Assembly (NCBI RefSeq): GCF_006345805.1
Contig: NC_043016.1
Coordinates: 11,098,001-11,162,000 of the forward strand
DNA from: Octopus sinensis
Taxonomy: Eukaryota
Direction of reading: 5' to 3'
Length of the DNA: 64,000 nucleotides
Position 1 is the first letter of the stretch. The number at the start of each line of letters is the position of its first letter. The notes under the pieces were generated by a model. It was not told where the DNA came from. It did no database searches and saw only the letters and a list, made by a program, of their open reading frames with translations. The translations under genes and the position numbers were made by a program. Below are positions 10,370-22,249 of this stretch, one piece after another.

Positions 10370-12743
10370 TGTGGGGATAAGATGAGTTGTCACGTCAACG
10401 GTCAAGGGACCTGCCTCCGTAAGATCAAAGTAGTCGCCAGGCCACAAGGCATCAACGATGTAACAAGTCTCATGGCCCTGTACCTGGAGGGACGTTTGCT
10501 GGCGCTGTACCTCGAGAACGATCAGGTAGACAAGAGAACAGGTTGATGAGTATGCCGCGGAGTTTAGGAGACTGGCTATGCTATCCGCTCTTACCAGAGA
10601 GGGCCTAGAGACGACAGCACGACTGGCATTCGTAAATGGCTACATCAGTGCAACAGCAAGAACTACCAGGCAATGAAAAAATTGGCAATACGCTCTCTCA
10701 TTGCTGAAGCACGCATGTCGACACAAAACACCAGGCGGAAGTCAGTGGTGGTGGTGGGAGCTGCAGAAGACCACGACGTAATGCAACAACCTATAAAGAA
10801 CGGGGAGAAGAAAACTGCTGTGGAGCGACAGATACCGTTCATGAGCCGGTGTTTCAAGTGCCAGGGACCGCACACGTCAATGGACTGTGCAGAGATGAAA
10901 CCCGGACTCGTTTTCTAGCAGTGCAGACAGACTGGGCATATTGCTCGAAACTGCAGCCAGGGAAAAGGCTACGAGGAAGTTGCTGCCTCTCGAATTTCAT
11001 CTGCGATCGAACAGGCATTCGTACCAGCAGTTTAAATCTTTTGTAGGGGGAAAGGTTTTCAAAGCCAGGGACGGACGGACGGAGTATTAAGGGCCGTCGG
11101 GTATAACTGTTTACCAGGCCCCTTAGCATTGATATCAAAGAGCTAACATAGAATGCGGGCCCTTCAGTGCTCCGAGCCTTCGGGCTATACTTGGTTGACC
11201 GACTGTTTTGTCCTCCTCTGTTCAAAGTCCTCGTGGATACGGGCTGTGCGATGTCTCTCGTAACCCCGAGGGTAGCAAAAAAACGGACGGGGACAAGTAG
11301 TGTTCGGGCGGTCAACGGCAGCGGAATTGGTTGTAACGATAGCATGGAGATAACTGTGCGGGTTACAACAATGAGGTAGCTGGCAATTGTCATTGACCGT
11401 ATGGTAGACGGAATTGCCGTGGTGATGCGGATGGACGCGATCAACCGCCTCGATGTCAGTGTTGCTGGGGACGTGGTTTCATTTTGGTGCTGCAGGGGTA
11501 TCGTGCACTGTGTGTCTACAACGTGGGAAGGAGCAGAGATCTGTGAGGGACTGTACTGCTTACACCGTTGGGGACAAATGTGGAGTTCGACGATCAGTGG
11601 TGGATAATAAGAGTGATACGGAAAGAGAAGCCTCCGATGCTGAAGAACAGACTACGCTGCTACCAGCATACCTTGAAAGGACATGCCAGGAGTGAGTTTG
11701 AAAGAGAGGTAGAGAGGTGGATTATGGAGGGTGTCCTTATCCTGTAAAAGGAGGAAGTGATGAGTGGAGTGCTACCACTAATGGCAGTAGTGGAGCAAAC
11801 AAAGAGCAAAATCAGGCCGGTACTGGACTTTCGGGAGAAGAATGGCCATGTATCATGCCACACGGGTAGCGAGGTAGCTGACATATGCAGTGAGTTGCTG
11901 CGCAAATGGAGACAGATGACAAGGATGGCAACGATGTGTCGACTTCAAGTCAACATATTTACAGCTCCATGTGAGCGAAAAACTGTGGCAGTATCAGCTG
12001 GTGCGATATAAGGGCCAGACATACTGTTTGACTAGGCTGGGTTTCAGGCTAAATTCTGTGACAAAGATCATGACGACAGTGCTCAGGTCTGTCCTGGGAA
12101 AGGTGGACGAGATAAGAAGGGTCACCAATTCCTATATGGACGACATCTTGGTAGACACGAGGCTGTAGTATCTGCTACCGAGGTTGTAAATCATCTCAAG
12201 AAGTTCGAGTTGATTACGATGCCAGTGGAACCAATTGCTGGCGGAACAGCACTTGGGCTCAAGCTTTAAAGAAATAAAACTGGCTCGTTTCGGAGGGGGA
12301 AATGAGATCCCGGAACTAGGTACCAGCATCAGCAGGAGAGCACTATTCTTGATGCGTGGGAGACTTAGTGGGTCGCTATCCAAACGCAGGGTGGCTACGA
12401 ACAGCATGCACAGCAACATCAAGAGACAAGCAGAAAGGGGCAAACTGGGTGGTGGGAGAGGGGATGGTGACGATGATGCAGGAGAACGTGGAGAGGACAA
12501 GAACAGAAGACCCAGTAAACGGGAACTGGTACGTGCCGAAATTGGAGAATGGAACTTTATGTAGCAATGCTAGCAGCATAGCAATAGGGGTTGTACTGGA
12601 AATCGGAAACGTTGAAGTGGGGGGACGTAGCCTGGCTTCAAAAATGAAACGATTACAATCACATCAACATGGGTGAGTTGGATGAAGTGCTGTAAGGGGT
12701 CAATTTGGCACTGAAATGGGGGCTGCAATTCATCAAAGAAGTT
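10370..12743 (+). mobile_element. Ty3/Gypsy internal region (gag, protease, RT, start of RNase H), frameshifted, integrase absent
   Basis: gag SLMALYLEG..ALYLE, YAAEFRRLA, knuckles CFKCQGPHTSMDC and CRQTGHIARNC; protease LVDTG at ~11230; IRPVLDFR; TRLGF; YMDD at 12133-12144. Confidence 0.9.
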
Positions 12744-12955
12744 TTACAGTTCTTCTGCGATTCCTCCTGACAATAACTTCCACATTAACGGGAGGCAGGA
12801 AATCGGTCTGTAATTGTCAACAAAATTTCCCTTTGATGCACCCTTCAGGCACAACACCATTCGTCCTTTTGTCAACCATCCCGGGATTTCATCTTCTTCA
12901 CTGATCAATGCATTAAATTGCTCTGCGATCAATTCATGGAAACTACTGAACTTTT
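12744..12955 (-). mobile_element. Dong/R4-like RT fragment
   Basis: [31 protein letters not shown]; paralogous to 16020-16190. Confidence 0.8.
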
Positions 12956-12989
12956 TTTCTTATTATTGTAGTTGTTGTGGTTGTTGTTG

Positions 12990-13240
12990 AAAGTGCATGG
13001 CTTAGTGGTTAGGGTGTTGCACTCACGATCCCTAGATTGTGATTTCAATTCCTAGGCCAGGTGCTACATTGTGTTCTTGAACAAAGCAATTCGTCTCACA
13101 TTGGTCTGTGATCACTTCAACACCCTTGATGTATGGTACACCTGTGTGCACCTGTTCAAACAACATCGATTTGATGAAGCGAGGTTAGCTAATGTACAGA
13201 ACATACATTTGATCACTATAAATAAATCATTTGTGTGGGT
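12990..13240 (+). mobile_element. tRNA-headed SINE (family D)
   Basis: A-box-like TGGCTTAGTGG, degenerate B-box ATTTCAATTCC, then GTGTTCTTGAACAAAGC core. Confidence 0.6.
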
Positions 13241-13244
13241 CCTG

Positions 13245-13713
13245 TATGTATGTATGTATGTATGTATGTATGTATGTATGTATGTATGTATGTATGTGTG
13301 TGTGTATGTATGTATGTATGTATGTATGTATGTATGTATGTATGTATGTATGTATGTATGTATGTATGTATGTATATATGTATGTCATCATGATCATCAT
13401 CGTTTAACGTTCGCCTTCCATACTAGTATGGGTTGGATGATTTGACTGAGGTCTGGCGAACCAGATGGCTGCATCAGGCCCCAATCTGATCTGGCAGAGT
13501 TTCTACAGCTGGATGCCCTTCCTAACGCCAACCACTCCGAGAGTGTAGTGGGTGCTTTTACGTGCCACCGGCACGGGAGCCAGTCAGACAGTACTGGCAA
13601 CGGCTATGCTCAAATGGTGCTTTTTATGTGCCACCTGCACAGGAGCCAGTCCAGCGGCACTGGAAATGACCTCGCTCATTGTATGTATGTACGTACGTAT
13701 GTATGTACGTATG

Positions 13714-13747
<34 letters not shown>

Positions 13748-13975
13748 TGTATGTATGTATGTATGTATGTATGTATGTATGTATGTATGTACGTATGTAT
13801 GTATGTATGTATGTATGTATGTATGTACGTACGTACCTATGTATGTATGTTTGTATGTATGTATGTTTGTATGTATGTATGTATGTACGTATGTATGTAC
13901 GTATGTATGTATGTATGTATGTATGTATGTATGTATGTATGTATGTATGTATGTGTGTATGTATGTATGTATTCT
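13245..13975. repeat. Two (TATG)n tracts flanking a SINE
   Basis: Tracts at 13245-13385 and 13680-13975. Confidence 0.95.
13388..13678 (-). mobile_element. Interspersed repeat family C (SINE/RTE-tail-like, ends in GATGATG on its own strand)
   Basis: CATCATCGTTTAACG...GGGTTGGA...CTACAGCTGGATGCCCTTCCTAACGCCAACCAC; copies at 36640, 42950, 57810. Confidence 0.75.
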
Positions 13976-14089
13976 CATGCATATTTACATATCTAGACAT
14001 GCTCATATATATTTAAATGATAAACTTTTGGAAAGTTTTACAGATTTTTACAGTTCCAGTGATGGATTGGGTCTGTAGTCTTCGAATTA

Positions 14090-15900
14090 ACTTTCTCCTT
14101 TTTTGGTTTTGAGAAGCTTCATGTAAGCAAACTTGGTCAAGGGATGCACTTCAACGATTGGTGGTTTAAAGATTTTGCTGAAGGGATATAATACAGCGCT
14201 CAAAGGCGTTTTGGATCAATGTTAAGCTTCAGCTACCTTTTTTTTTTGTTTTAGGTAAAGGAGGTCTACGTCACTGTTTATGTGGAAACTATGCGTGCTT
14301 GTTAGTAATTTTGGGGTTGGTTTTCACATCAATGGCTCAGATCTCATCAAGTGTCCAATCAAGCAGCCCAAATGTTGGTATGAGTACTGGCACTGCAAAC
14401 ACATTGTGGGCCACTGTTTTATTGAATACAGAGGGTTCCATGGTCCAAATTTACTTTATTTGGCTGTAATACTCTTTAGTGACACATGTTTTGCTACAGG
14501 TGCCATTGTAAGGTATATTCCCCCCCACCCACTAGATACTCGTCATTGTCTGGTTTATAGTTTGTCCCCTTTTCACAACCATATAACAACATTTATCCTG
14601 ACCAAACTTCAACTCTACATCCTTCGAGAATGTTGTAACTAGGATCAAGGCTCTTTTTCATCTCATGCATATTCTTTGCATAAAGTTTTAAGAAACAGTG
14701 TGTAATTTTGGTATTTCTGTTTCCTTGTGAACCAGTGAGAAACCCTTCAGTCTTCCTTAACATGAATGACAAGGGGTTTACAGAAAGTATAAACATCACA
14801 GAAAGGCTATCCCCTTGGAATATGCCTTTGTGATACTGTATTCTACCAGTGATAATACAGTCACTCTGTGTTTAATTTCAAGTTGGTGAACCAGGTCAGT
14901 TATGGCTTTGATTATGCTCACTGAAACTTTAGCAAGATAAAGGGCTTCTAGTACCTACAAGTGGGGAACAGTCAAAGGCTTTCTTGTAGTCTAGCCACAT
15001 TGGAACTAGGTTGCACTTATGCTCTGACATAACAGTTTTGCTGATTAATAATTGCTCAGCACATCCCCAGACTCCCTTCTTCCCAACTGCTTGTTCTGCT
15101 GTGATAATGTTATTGGTTTCACAATGGTCTAGAAGGAAGCGGTTTAAACATGCTGTTATATCTTACACATTAAGTTCTGGCATGCAATTGGGTGGTAGTT
15201 TTTTTGCCATGTGGATGGTTTTGCATTTGGGGATCAATTTTGTCTCTGCCAGAGCTAACGAATGTGGTATGCTACTTTCCCAATGAGAGCTTGCTGGTGC
15301 AGATTGATAAGATATGGTCGGTAGAATGTTAGCTTCTTGTAATAATATCCAACAATCAAGTGTCTTCCAGGTGCTTTTCCATCCTGTAGTTTTGGGATCA
15401 CAGTTGCAAGAGTTTCACCATCAATGTTGTATGTCTTGGATGTAACGCAGGAGCAATAACTTTTTCAGATTTCTTCCTGCCACTGAGCATCTTTGTTAAA
15501 TTCCTTCTCTTCACTCCAGATTTTCTTCCAGAAGGAGTCTATGTCTTCTTGCGAAGTAGCTTCCGTGATGTCCACTGCTCCTCCTTTCATGTCTCTGTTT
15601 AATGCTGCCTGGTTCCAGTTAAATTATTTGTTTATTGTTCTTCTCTCGGTTATTCTCTTCTGATGTCAGAGTTTTTCACTGACACCTTTTAGCTCCAGAT
15701 TGAGGGTAATCAGTTTTTAAGTGAGTGTCCTCCTTTTGCTGTCTTCAAACATCATTTCTATCTCCTTCTTTGCTTTTGTTGGTGAGACGTACAGTGATTT
15801 GCTTGTTCGCAATAAGCAACATTACAGGACTGATGGTCTTCCGTAAACCACTCATCTTTTTCTCTGTCTTCAAAACCCATCATGGTTGTTTGTTTCCGTT
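14090..15900 (-). mobile_element. Decayed Dong/R4-like LINE, RT region
   Basis: DSFWKKIWSEE..NKDAQW, KAPG, NYHPIAC, EQLLISK, WLDYKKAFD, GIFQGDSLS, LKLYAK, FAVPVLIPTFG. Confidence 0.85.
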
Positions 15901-16009
15901 TACTTTCTGAATGTCATTCATTTACTGCTTTGTAGTAGTAGCCAGAGCACATAGACAGGCATTAATCTGCCAGAATGTGGGTTCATCACACTGCTGTAAA
16001 TACTCATCA

Positions 16010-17570
16010 CCAATTTCGTTAACAATGGAAAAGAAGAAATCCCGAGCAGGTTGACAAAAGGACGAACGGTGTTGTGCCTGAAGGATGCATAAAAGGGAAA
16101 TGCTGCTGACAATTACAAACCGATTTCCTGCCTCCCATTAATATGGAAGTTATTGTAAGGAGGAATTGCAGAAGAACTAAATAAGTTTCTTGATGAGAAC
16201 GATATAGTAATGACTGGACAAAAAGTCTGTAGAAGAAGATGCAGAGGTACTAAAGATCAATTATTGATAGACAAAATGGTAATGCAAGATTGTAAACAAA
16301 GGAGAACAAATCTGGGAATGGCCTGGATTGACTATCACAGAGTTTATGATATGATTCCACATTCGTGGATCATCAAGTGCTTAGACTTGCTTGGAATTGC
16401 AAGGAATGTAACGTGTTTCCTGAAGATAAGTATGGTGAGATGGAAAACTGAACTGTATGGCAAAGATGAGACTCAAGTGAATTACTTGGTGAACACAGTC
16501 CACTGTTTTGCTATTGATATTAGAATGGAATTTGGACTCAAGAAGTGCAGAATAATCTACCTAAAAAGAGGCAAGGTACAGTTCCTAGCAGGAATGAGTC
16601 TTTGTTTGTCTCCTCTGTGTTTAGCCCCTTGTGGGCAATAAAGAAATAAGAATTACCGAACAGAGATTTGATTAAGCTAATTGAAACAGAAGTATACGAA
16701 TACTTTGGTATACTAGAGTTCAATGAGATAATAGAAAAGAAAATGAAAGAGCAACTGAGGATGGAGTATTTCCGAAGACTGAGGTTGGTGCTGCGCTCAA
16801 AATTGGCTGGATGGAATAAAATCCAAGCAGTTAATATGTGGGCGATAGCATCACTTCGGTATGGAGTGGGAATTATTAAATGGCAAAAGAGAGAAATGAA
16901 GAAAATGGACACCAAGACCAGAAAAATGTTAATGGCACACGGAGTCTTTCACTCAAAGTGTGACACCAATAGGCTGTACTTGTCCAGAAAAATGAATGGG
17001 AGAGGTTTGATCAGTTGCCAGGACTGTCTCGAAACAGAGGAAAACAACCCAGGGTGGTATATAAAAAATTCCATGGAGTCACTAGAGAAACACACAGAGA
17101 AGACCATCATCAAAACTGAAAATTGTGTAACTAAAGAAAAATTTAAACAAGAAATAAACAAAAAGGTGCGGGAGTGGCTGTGTGGTAAGTAGCTTGCTAA
17201 CCAACCACATGGTTCCGGGTTCAGTCCCACTGCGTGACATCTTGGGCAAGTGTCTTCTGCTATAGCCCCGGGCCGACCAGTGCCTTGTGAGTGGATTTGA
17301 TAGATGGAAACTGAAAGAAGCATGTCGTATATATGTATATATGTGTGTGTTTGTGTGTCTGTGTTTGTCCCCCTAGCATTGCTTGACAACCGATGCTGGT
17401 GTGTTTACATCCCCGTCACTTAGCGGTTCGGCAAAAGAGACCGATAGAATAAGTACTGGGCTTACAAAGAATAAGTGACCTGAAGATAGAGACACAGAAG
17501 CACTCATATGTGCAGCTCAGGAACAAGCATTAAGGACCAATTATATGAAGTGCAGAATTGACAACACTAC
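16010..17570 (+). mobile_element. Decayed Dong/R4-like LINE with internal deletions and SINE interruptions
   Basis: [69 protein letters not shown]; SINE tail at ~16595-16652. Confidence 0.85.
17166..17476 (+). mobile_element. SINE family A lacking its 3' tail
   Basis: GGAGTGGCTGTGTGGTAAG (A box), GGTTCAGTCCC (B box), CTTGGGCAAGTGTC core. Confidence 0.9.
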
Positions 17571-18015
17571 CAATAGTGACAATAGTGGTGAGAGGGGTGA
17601 AACGGTATGAGAGTGGCACCATTCACTCTTGCCATTTTACTTTAGAATTCTTACTATCCGATAACTAATTTACATGTCATTACATAAATAACTTTACGAT
17701 TTGTGTATTCACAACTTATTAGGATTTCCTAAAAACAAGATCAAGATTCTATCTAAGACAGTTTAGAATACTCTGTAAATGCACAAATTCCGTTTTTAAG
17801 GGCTACATACTTTGCATTCTTGTTATTGAAGTAGTGAAACAATTATGAGAACAAAACCAAGGAATAAGCTCCACTTTTCCAGGAATTAATTGGTACATCA
17901 GCTGGTATATGTATATATATATATATATATATATAATAAATATTAGGGAATAAATCCAAATTTACAGGGAAAAAAATCAGATTTAGGATTAAATCCAATT
18001 TTATAGTAAAATATT

Positions 18016-18272
18016 ATAAAATATTATTAGAGACAAAACCACTATTTTGCAAAACAAACAAGGAAAGACTTAATCAATACATAAAATTTTAATAAATAGT
18101 CAAAAAAACCGCCACTACAATCGTTTCTTGTCTTGATCGACAATCTTCAGGTGGACTTCCAATAAGTCAGTTTCACGGTTTTTTGCTACTATTTATTAAA
18201 ATTTTATGTATTGATTAAGTCTTTCCTTGTTTGTTTTGCAAAATAGTGGTTTTGTCTCTAATAATATTTTAT
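18016..18272. repeat. ~95-bp near-perfect inverted repeat within a (TA)n-embedded element (~17935-18272)
   Basis: Arms at 18016-18110 and 18177-18272; 66-bp loop. Confidence 0.95.
18112..18154 (-). ncRNA. Minimal type I hammerhead ribozyme
   Basis: CCAC-CUGAAGA-UUGUC(GAUCAA)GACAA-GAAA-CGAUUG-UA-GUGG: all core nucleotides present, helix I 4 bp, helix II 5 bp, self-complementary helix III, GUA cleavage triplet. Confidence 0.85.
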
Positions 18273-18399
18273 ATATATATATATATATATAGTACAAGTA
18301 AGATAGGGGTTATGAGGGTAACCCAAATAAATAATATGAAATGGTAATATCTGTAAGTTGATGATTGAAATGAATTTGTTCTCCATTTTTCTTATATAT

Positions 18400-18409
18400 A
18401 TATATATAA

Positions 18410-18462
<53 letters not shown>

Positions 18463-18521
18463 TAATACGTTTATATATTTGCTAAACTGGCAAAATGACC
18501 ATTCCGAAATATAACAATATA

Positions 18522-18564
<43 letters not shown>

Positions 18565-18664
18565 ATAATATATGTGTGTGTGTGGTTGTGTGTGGTATGT
18601 ATATGTGTATATATATATATATTATATATATTATATGTGTGTGGTGTGTGTAAAGTATATGTGC

Positions 18665-18741
<77 letters not shown>

Positions 18742-18800
18742 TACATACATACATACATACATACATTAATACATATATAGATACATACATATATTATATA
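18400..18800. repeat. (TA)n/(TG)n/(TACA)n compound microsatellite
   Basis: Read directly. Confidence 0.9.
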
Positions 18801-19383
18801 TATCGTTGTTAAAAACATAAATCAGGAGAAGAACCACACCCTATTTGTCCAATTTTTATGAAAATTGATGAATGAGTGAGGCTCATGGCAGTGAATTGAT
18901 GTCAATATAAGGCATTGACAAAAAAGTCGATAATTGCACCTGACCAGTGGTTTTATAAAATCAATAGGCATTTTTCGTGCAAATACCGATATGGATTTTA
19001 TTTTTGGCTGTGACTTTTATATTTTTATGTAAATGGTCACATGGATTCTATTTTATGACAGAACCTTAACATTTTTCTTCGGATTTTGCTGATATTGGAC
19101 AAGTTGATCAATTTTGTAGAGAGGGTGGCATTTAGGTGAGAGAAATAAACAAACATGACTCTTAACGGGTCGAGGTACACCCAAAAATTTGGCTGCGATT
19201 TAAGACGGTTCAGTTTGTAGGAGTATGTCGAAGGCATTAACCAGGTAAAATCCCTACCGAACCAAATATAACATCTTAATGGATAACAGTTAGCATGGGG
19301 AATGTAGAAGATTTCAATACAAGGTCAGAGGTGGGCTTAACTTCAACATAGAAAATATGAGCAACGCTGGGTCCAACAGCTAG
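18801..19383 (+). mobile_element. Probable non-autonomous Helitron-like element
   Basis: 3' end GAGCAACGCTGGGTCCAACAGCTAG|T resembles the Helitron ends at 34643 and 51739; 5' end uncertain. Confidence 0.45.
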
Positions 19384-19574
19384 TATATATATGTATGTGT
19401 ATATATGTGTGTGTATATATATATATATATATATTAAAAATGGTGAAGGCCGGTTTATCAGATTATCCTGGATTTCCTGCCCATAAAGTGTTTAGCTTTA
19501 TATATATATATAATAAAGGCAGCTACTGGGTGCACCACATATTAGAAGTATATATATATATATATATAATATAC

Positions 19575-20510
19575 ATGTTTGTGTGTTTACATCTCAGTAA
19601 CTTAGCAGTTCAGCAAAAGAGGATTGATAAGGTAAGTACTTGGCTTAAAAAAATAAGTCTCAAAATCGATTTGGTTGACTAAAATCCCTTCAAGGCAGTG
19701 CTGCAGCATGGCCACAACCAAATAACCTAAACCAGTAAAAGAAAAAAAAGAGGAAAGAATATACACCGGAAGACCATGGAAACATTCAGGATTGAACTCA
19801 ATGACTGAAAATATTACCCGAGATGGAGAACAGTAGGATTGAACCAGCAAACATACCAGTCACTGAAACAAACTTCCTCAGTGCACAGCCTACACCTGAA
19901 GCTATATGTCGTATGTCACGATAGACAAAGGGTGGCAAGCTGGCAGAAACTTTGGCACGCCGGGCGAAATGCTTAGAGGTATGTCGTCTGCCGTTACGTT
20001 CTGAGTTCAAATTCCATCGAGGTTGACTTTGCCTTTCATCCTTTCATACCAGTTATGCTGTGGGGTTATGTAATCGACTTAATCCCATTGTCTGTCCTTG
20101 TTTGTCCCTTCTATGTTTATCCCCCCATGGGCAATAAAGAAATGAATGTCACGATAGACAAGAATCTTGGGAAGATTTGATGACAGCTATCTTGCATTTA
20201 TTAAGAACCATAGAAAGAAAAGGCGAGCGTTGGTACTTAAATTTCTCTCGAGTAAGAAGATGTAAGAAAGGAATTGTTGAACCGATTTAGCTAATGAAAG
20301 GGGGATTAAGAGAACAAGGTAGAAACAAAAGATTATAAAAGTTACTTCTTTTATAACATAGAATCCAAATGCGACCATTTTGCCCAGGAAAACAAAAAGA
20401 CTAAAAAAATATATCACAACAAAACAAAACAAAACAAACGTATTTTTAAAACCACATAAGCTTCTTAATTCTTTTTTTTATTACTTTCATGATGTTAAAG
20501 ATAATTAGTG
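19575..20510 (+). repeat. Dispersed duplicate of 1-~860 (SINE A tail, spacer, SINE B with the same TSD, flank)
   Basis: Colinear with 1-860 from ~19640; same SINE B insertion and GTCACGATAGACAA TSD. Confidence 0.9.
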
Positions 20511-20868
20511 TCTTGTCTTTTCCATTCACAAAACCATCCCCCTTTAATTTTGCTCAGATTGTCTTCAATTTTGGTGTATCGATGCAGTTCTGAATTTTGA
20601 TTTTGCTCAACTAATTACGTTATCTTGTGAATTAAGAATCTGATGTTATTTGGAATTAAAGTTGGGAAAATTTGGGTAATTTTAGCCAATCAACACATAG
20701 CATGGCATTAGCAGCTTGTTACCATGACAACCATATGTGTTGTGTTTTGCTTTGCCAGCATGTTTTTTTTTAATAAAAATTTATATTTATCAATTAGAAT
20801 TTCCTTGTCGCTATTTTTCCTCAATAATAAATCTCTGAACGAGGTATAAACAGTAACTGCACGACATC

Positions 20869-21012
20869 GTGAGGTGTATTTGCCATCTGAATATGGCTAA
20901 CCACTAAGGGTGGGTGTTACTGTAGCTTGTAGCCCCAGGAGAACATCGTCTCCCTCCTGGGGCTACAAGCTACAGTAACACCACCCATATTGAGATGGCA
21001 AATACACCTCAC
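20869..21012. repeat. GC-balanced hairpin (arms ~60-70 bp, 12-nt loop)
   Basis: GTGAGGTGTATTTGCCATCT..GGTGTTACTGTAGCTTGTAGCCCCAGGAG and its reverse complement. Confidence 0.9.
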
Positions 21013-21109
21013 AATATTTTTCCTCAATTGTCTTGATATTTTACATATTTTTCATATTATTTTTTTCTGTTTTTATTTTTTCTGTGTTTTTGTTTTTATC
21101 CTCTTTCAA

Positions 21110-21210
21110 GCCATTTAATCGTACTACTCTGAAGGAGATTTTGGAAACAGAGGTGGGAGCAGTAAATTATTTACAAGAAAAGGGTGTTATCCCTAAAAAT
21201 TAAAAAAAAC
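21110..21210 (+). pseudogene. Possible Merlin/IS1016-like transposase N-terminus remnant
   Basis: FNRTTLKEILETEVGAVNYLQEKGVIPKN*; motif resemblance only, no DDE domain seen. Confidence 0.3.
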
Positions 21211-21429
21211 ACTGGTGCAGTCAGTAAATCTAAGCACAGCATGGGTAAGAAAGTGGTTTGTGGGAATTTGTACTGGAGTACACTCACAATAGTTGCAACG
21301 AATGCCTGTCAGGCCAGAATGAGCCATTACACTTTACTCTCTCTTTACTCTTTTACTATGCTCAGTCTTTCCTCCTCAAAATGGCTTCCCTCGGGAAATC
21401 CCTCTCTGCTCATATCTTTGCCACAAATG

Positions 21430-21950
21430 TTGGTTTACAAAGGTTCACAAGGAACATCGGTACAGACCATTCTTAGTTATAACATAGTCCAGCATGTACC
21501 AGTGATCAGATCAGGGGTGCTTCCATGTGCTTTTGTATTTATCTGCCTGCCTAAACACTGTAGTTGTTGCAGTTCCAGTCCCATTCATCTAGAGGCCATA
21601 TAATGGTAGAAGAAGCCTCACTGTCTGGCAGAAGTAAAATGCCACTCAAGGAGAAGATTATCGGTCGGTACCAGTTCATCTCATATGACTGGGGCAGATC
21701 ACTGGTTCAGTGACCAAGTGTATAGAGCTGAAGATTATGCAGAGCTATCACAAGCCTTACTACCCTACAAGACTCCTTTGAAATGTTTGACACAGGAGCC
21801 CACAAAACTAACATCAGCAGAAGAAATGAATGCTGTAAGCAAGCAATTAAGGTCATGCAAGAACTACATGCCACATACAAGAACAAAGCCAACCTGCCAT
21901 TGTGTTCCATTCTTTCTATTAGACTTGCTGCAACTTGACTATTGTCTAAT
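21430..21950. mobile_element. RTE/BovB-like endonuclease-region fragments in opposite orientations
   Basis: Minus: TTVFRQADKYKSTWKHP*SDHWYMLDYVITK; plus: MTGADHW. Confidence 0.55.
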
Positions 21951-22249
21951 TTAACTTTATATGACTTAGTCTTTTTGTTGTTCTGAAATGAAGAATACAG
22001 TTCTTTTAACAGTTATGGATTATAAGTTTTGGATCTTTTTTCCCTTTATTGTTTATTATTCTATCAGGGTTCTAGTTTTTGGAAATCCACTCAAATGTAA
22101 CTGTAAAAATTTCATAGTTAGTCATGGGTGAACTTTTTTGATCAAATACAAAAAAAAAGAAAAAAGAAAAAAGCCCATTGATTTTCATTGTCTTCCAGCA
22201 AAAACTCATCAGAATATGATACAGGATTATGGAGTTACAAAAAAGTTGT

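Noticed and set aside
14090-17570. Twin-priming inversion joining the minus and plus Dong-like fragments
   Set aside because: Both contain their own overlapping RT motifs and differ in sequence, so they are independent insertions.
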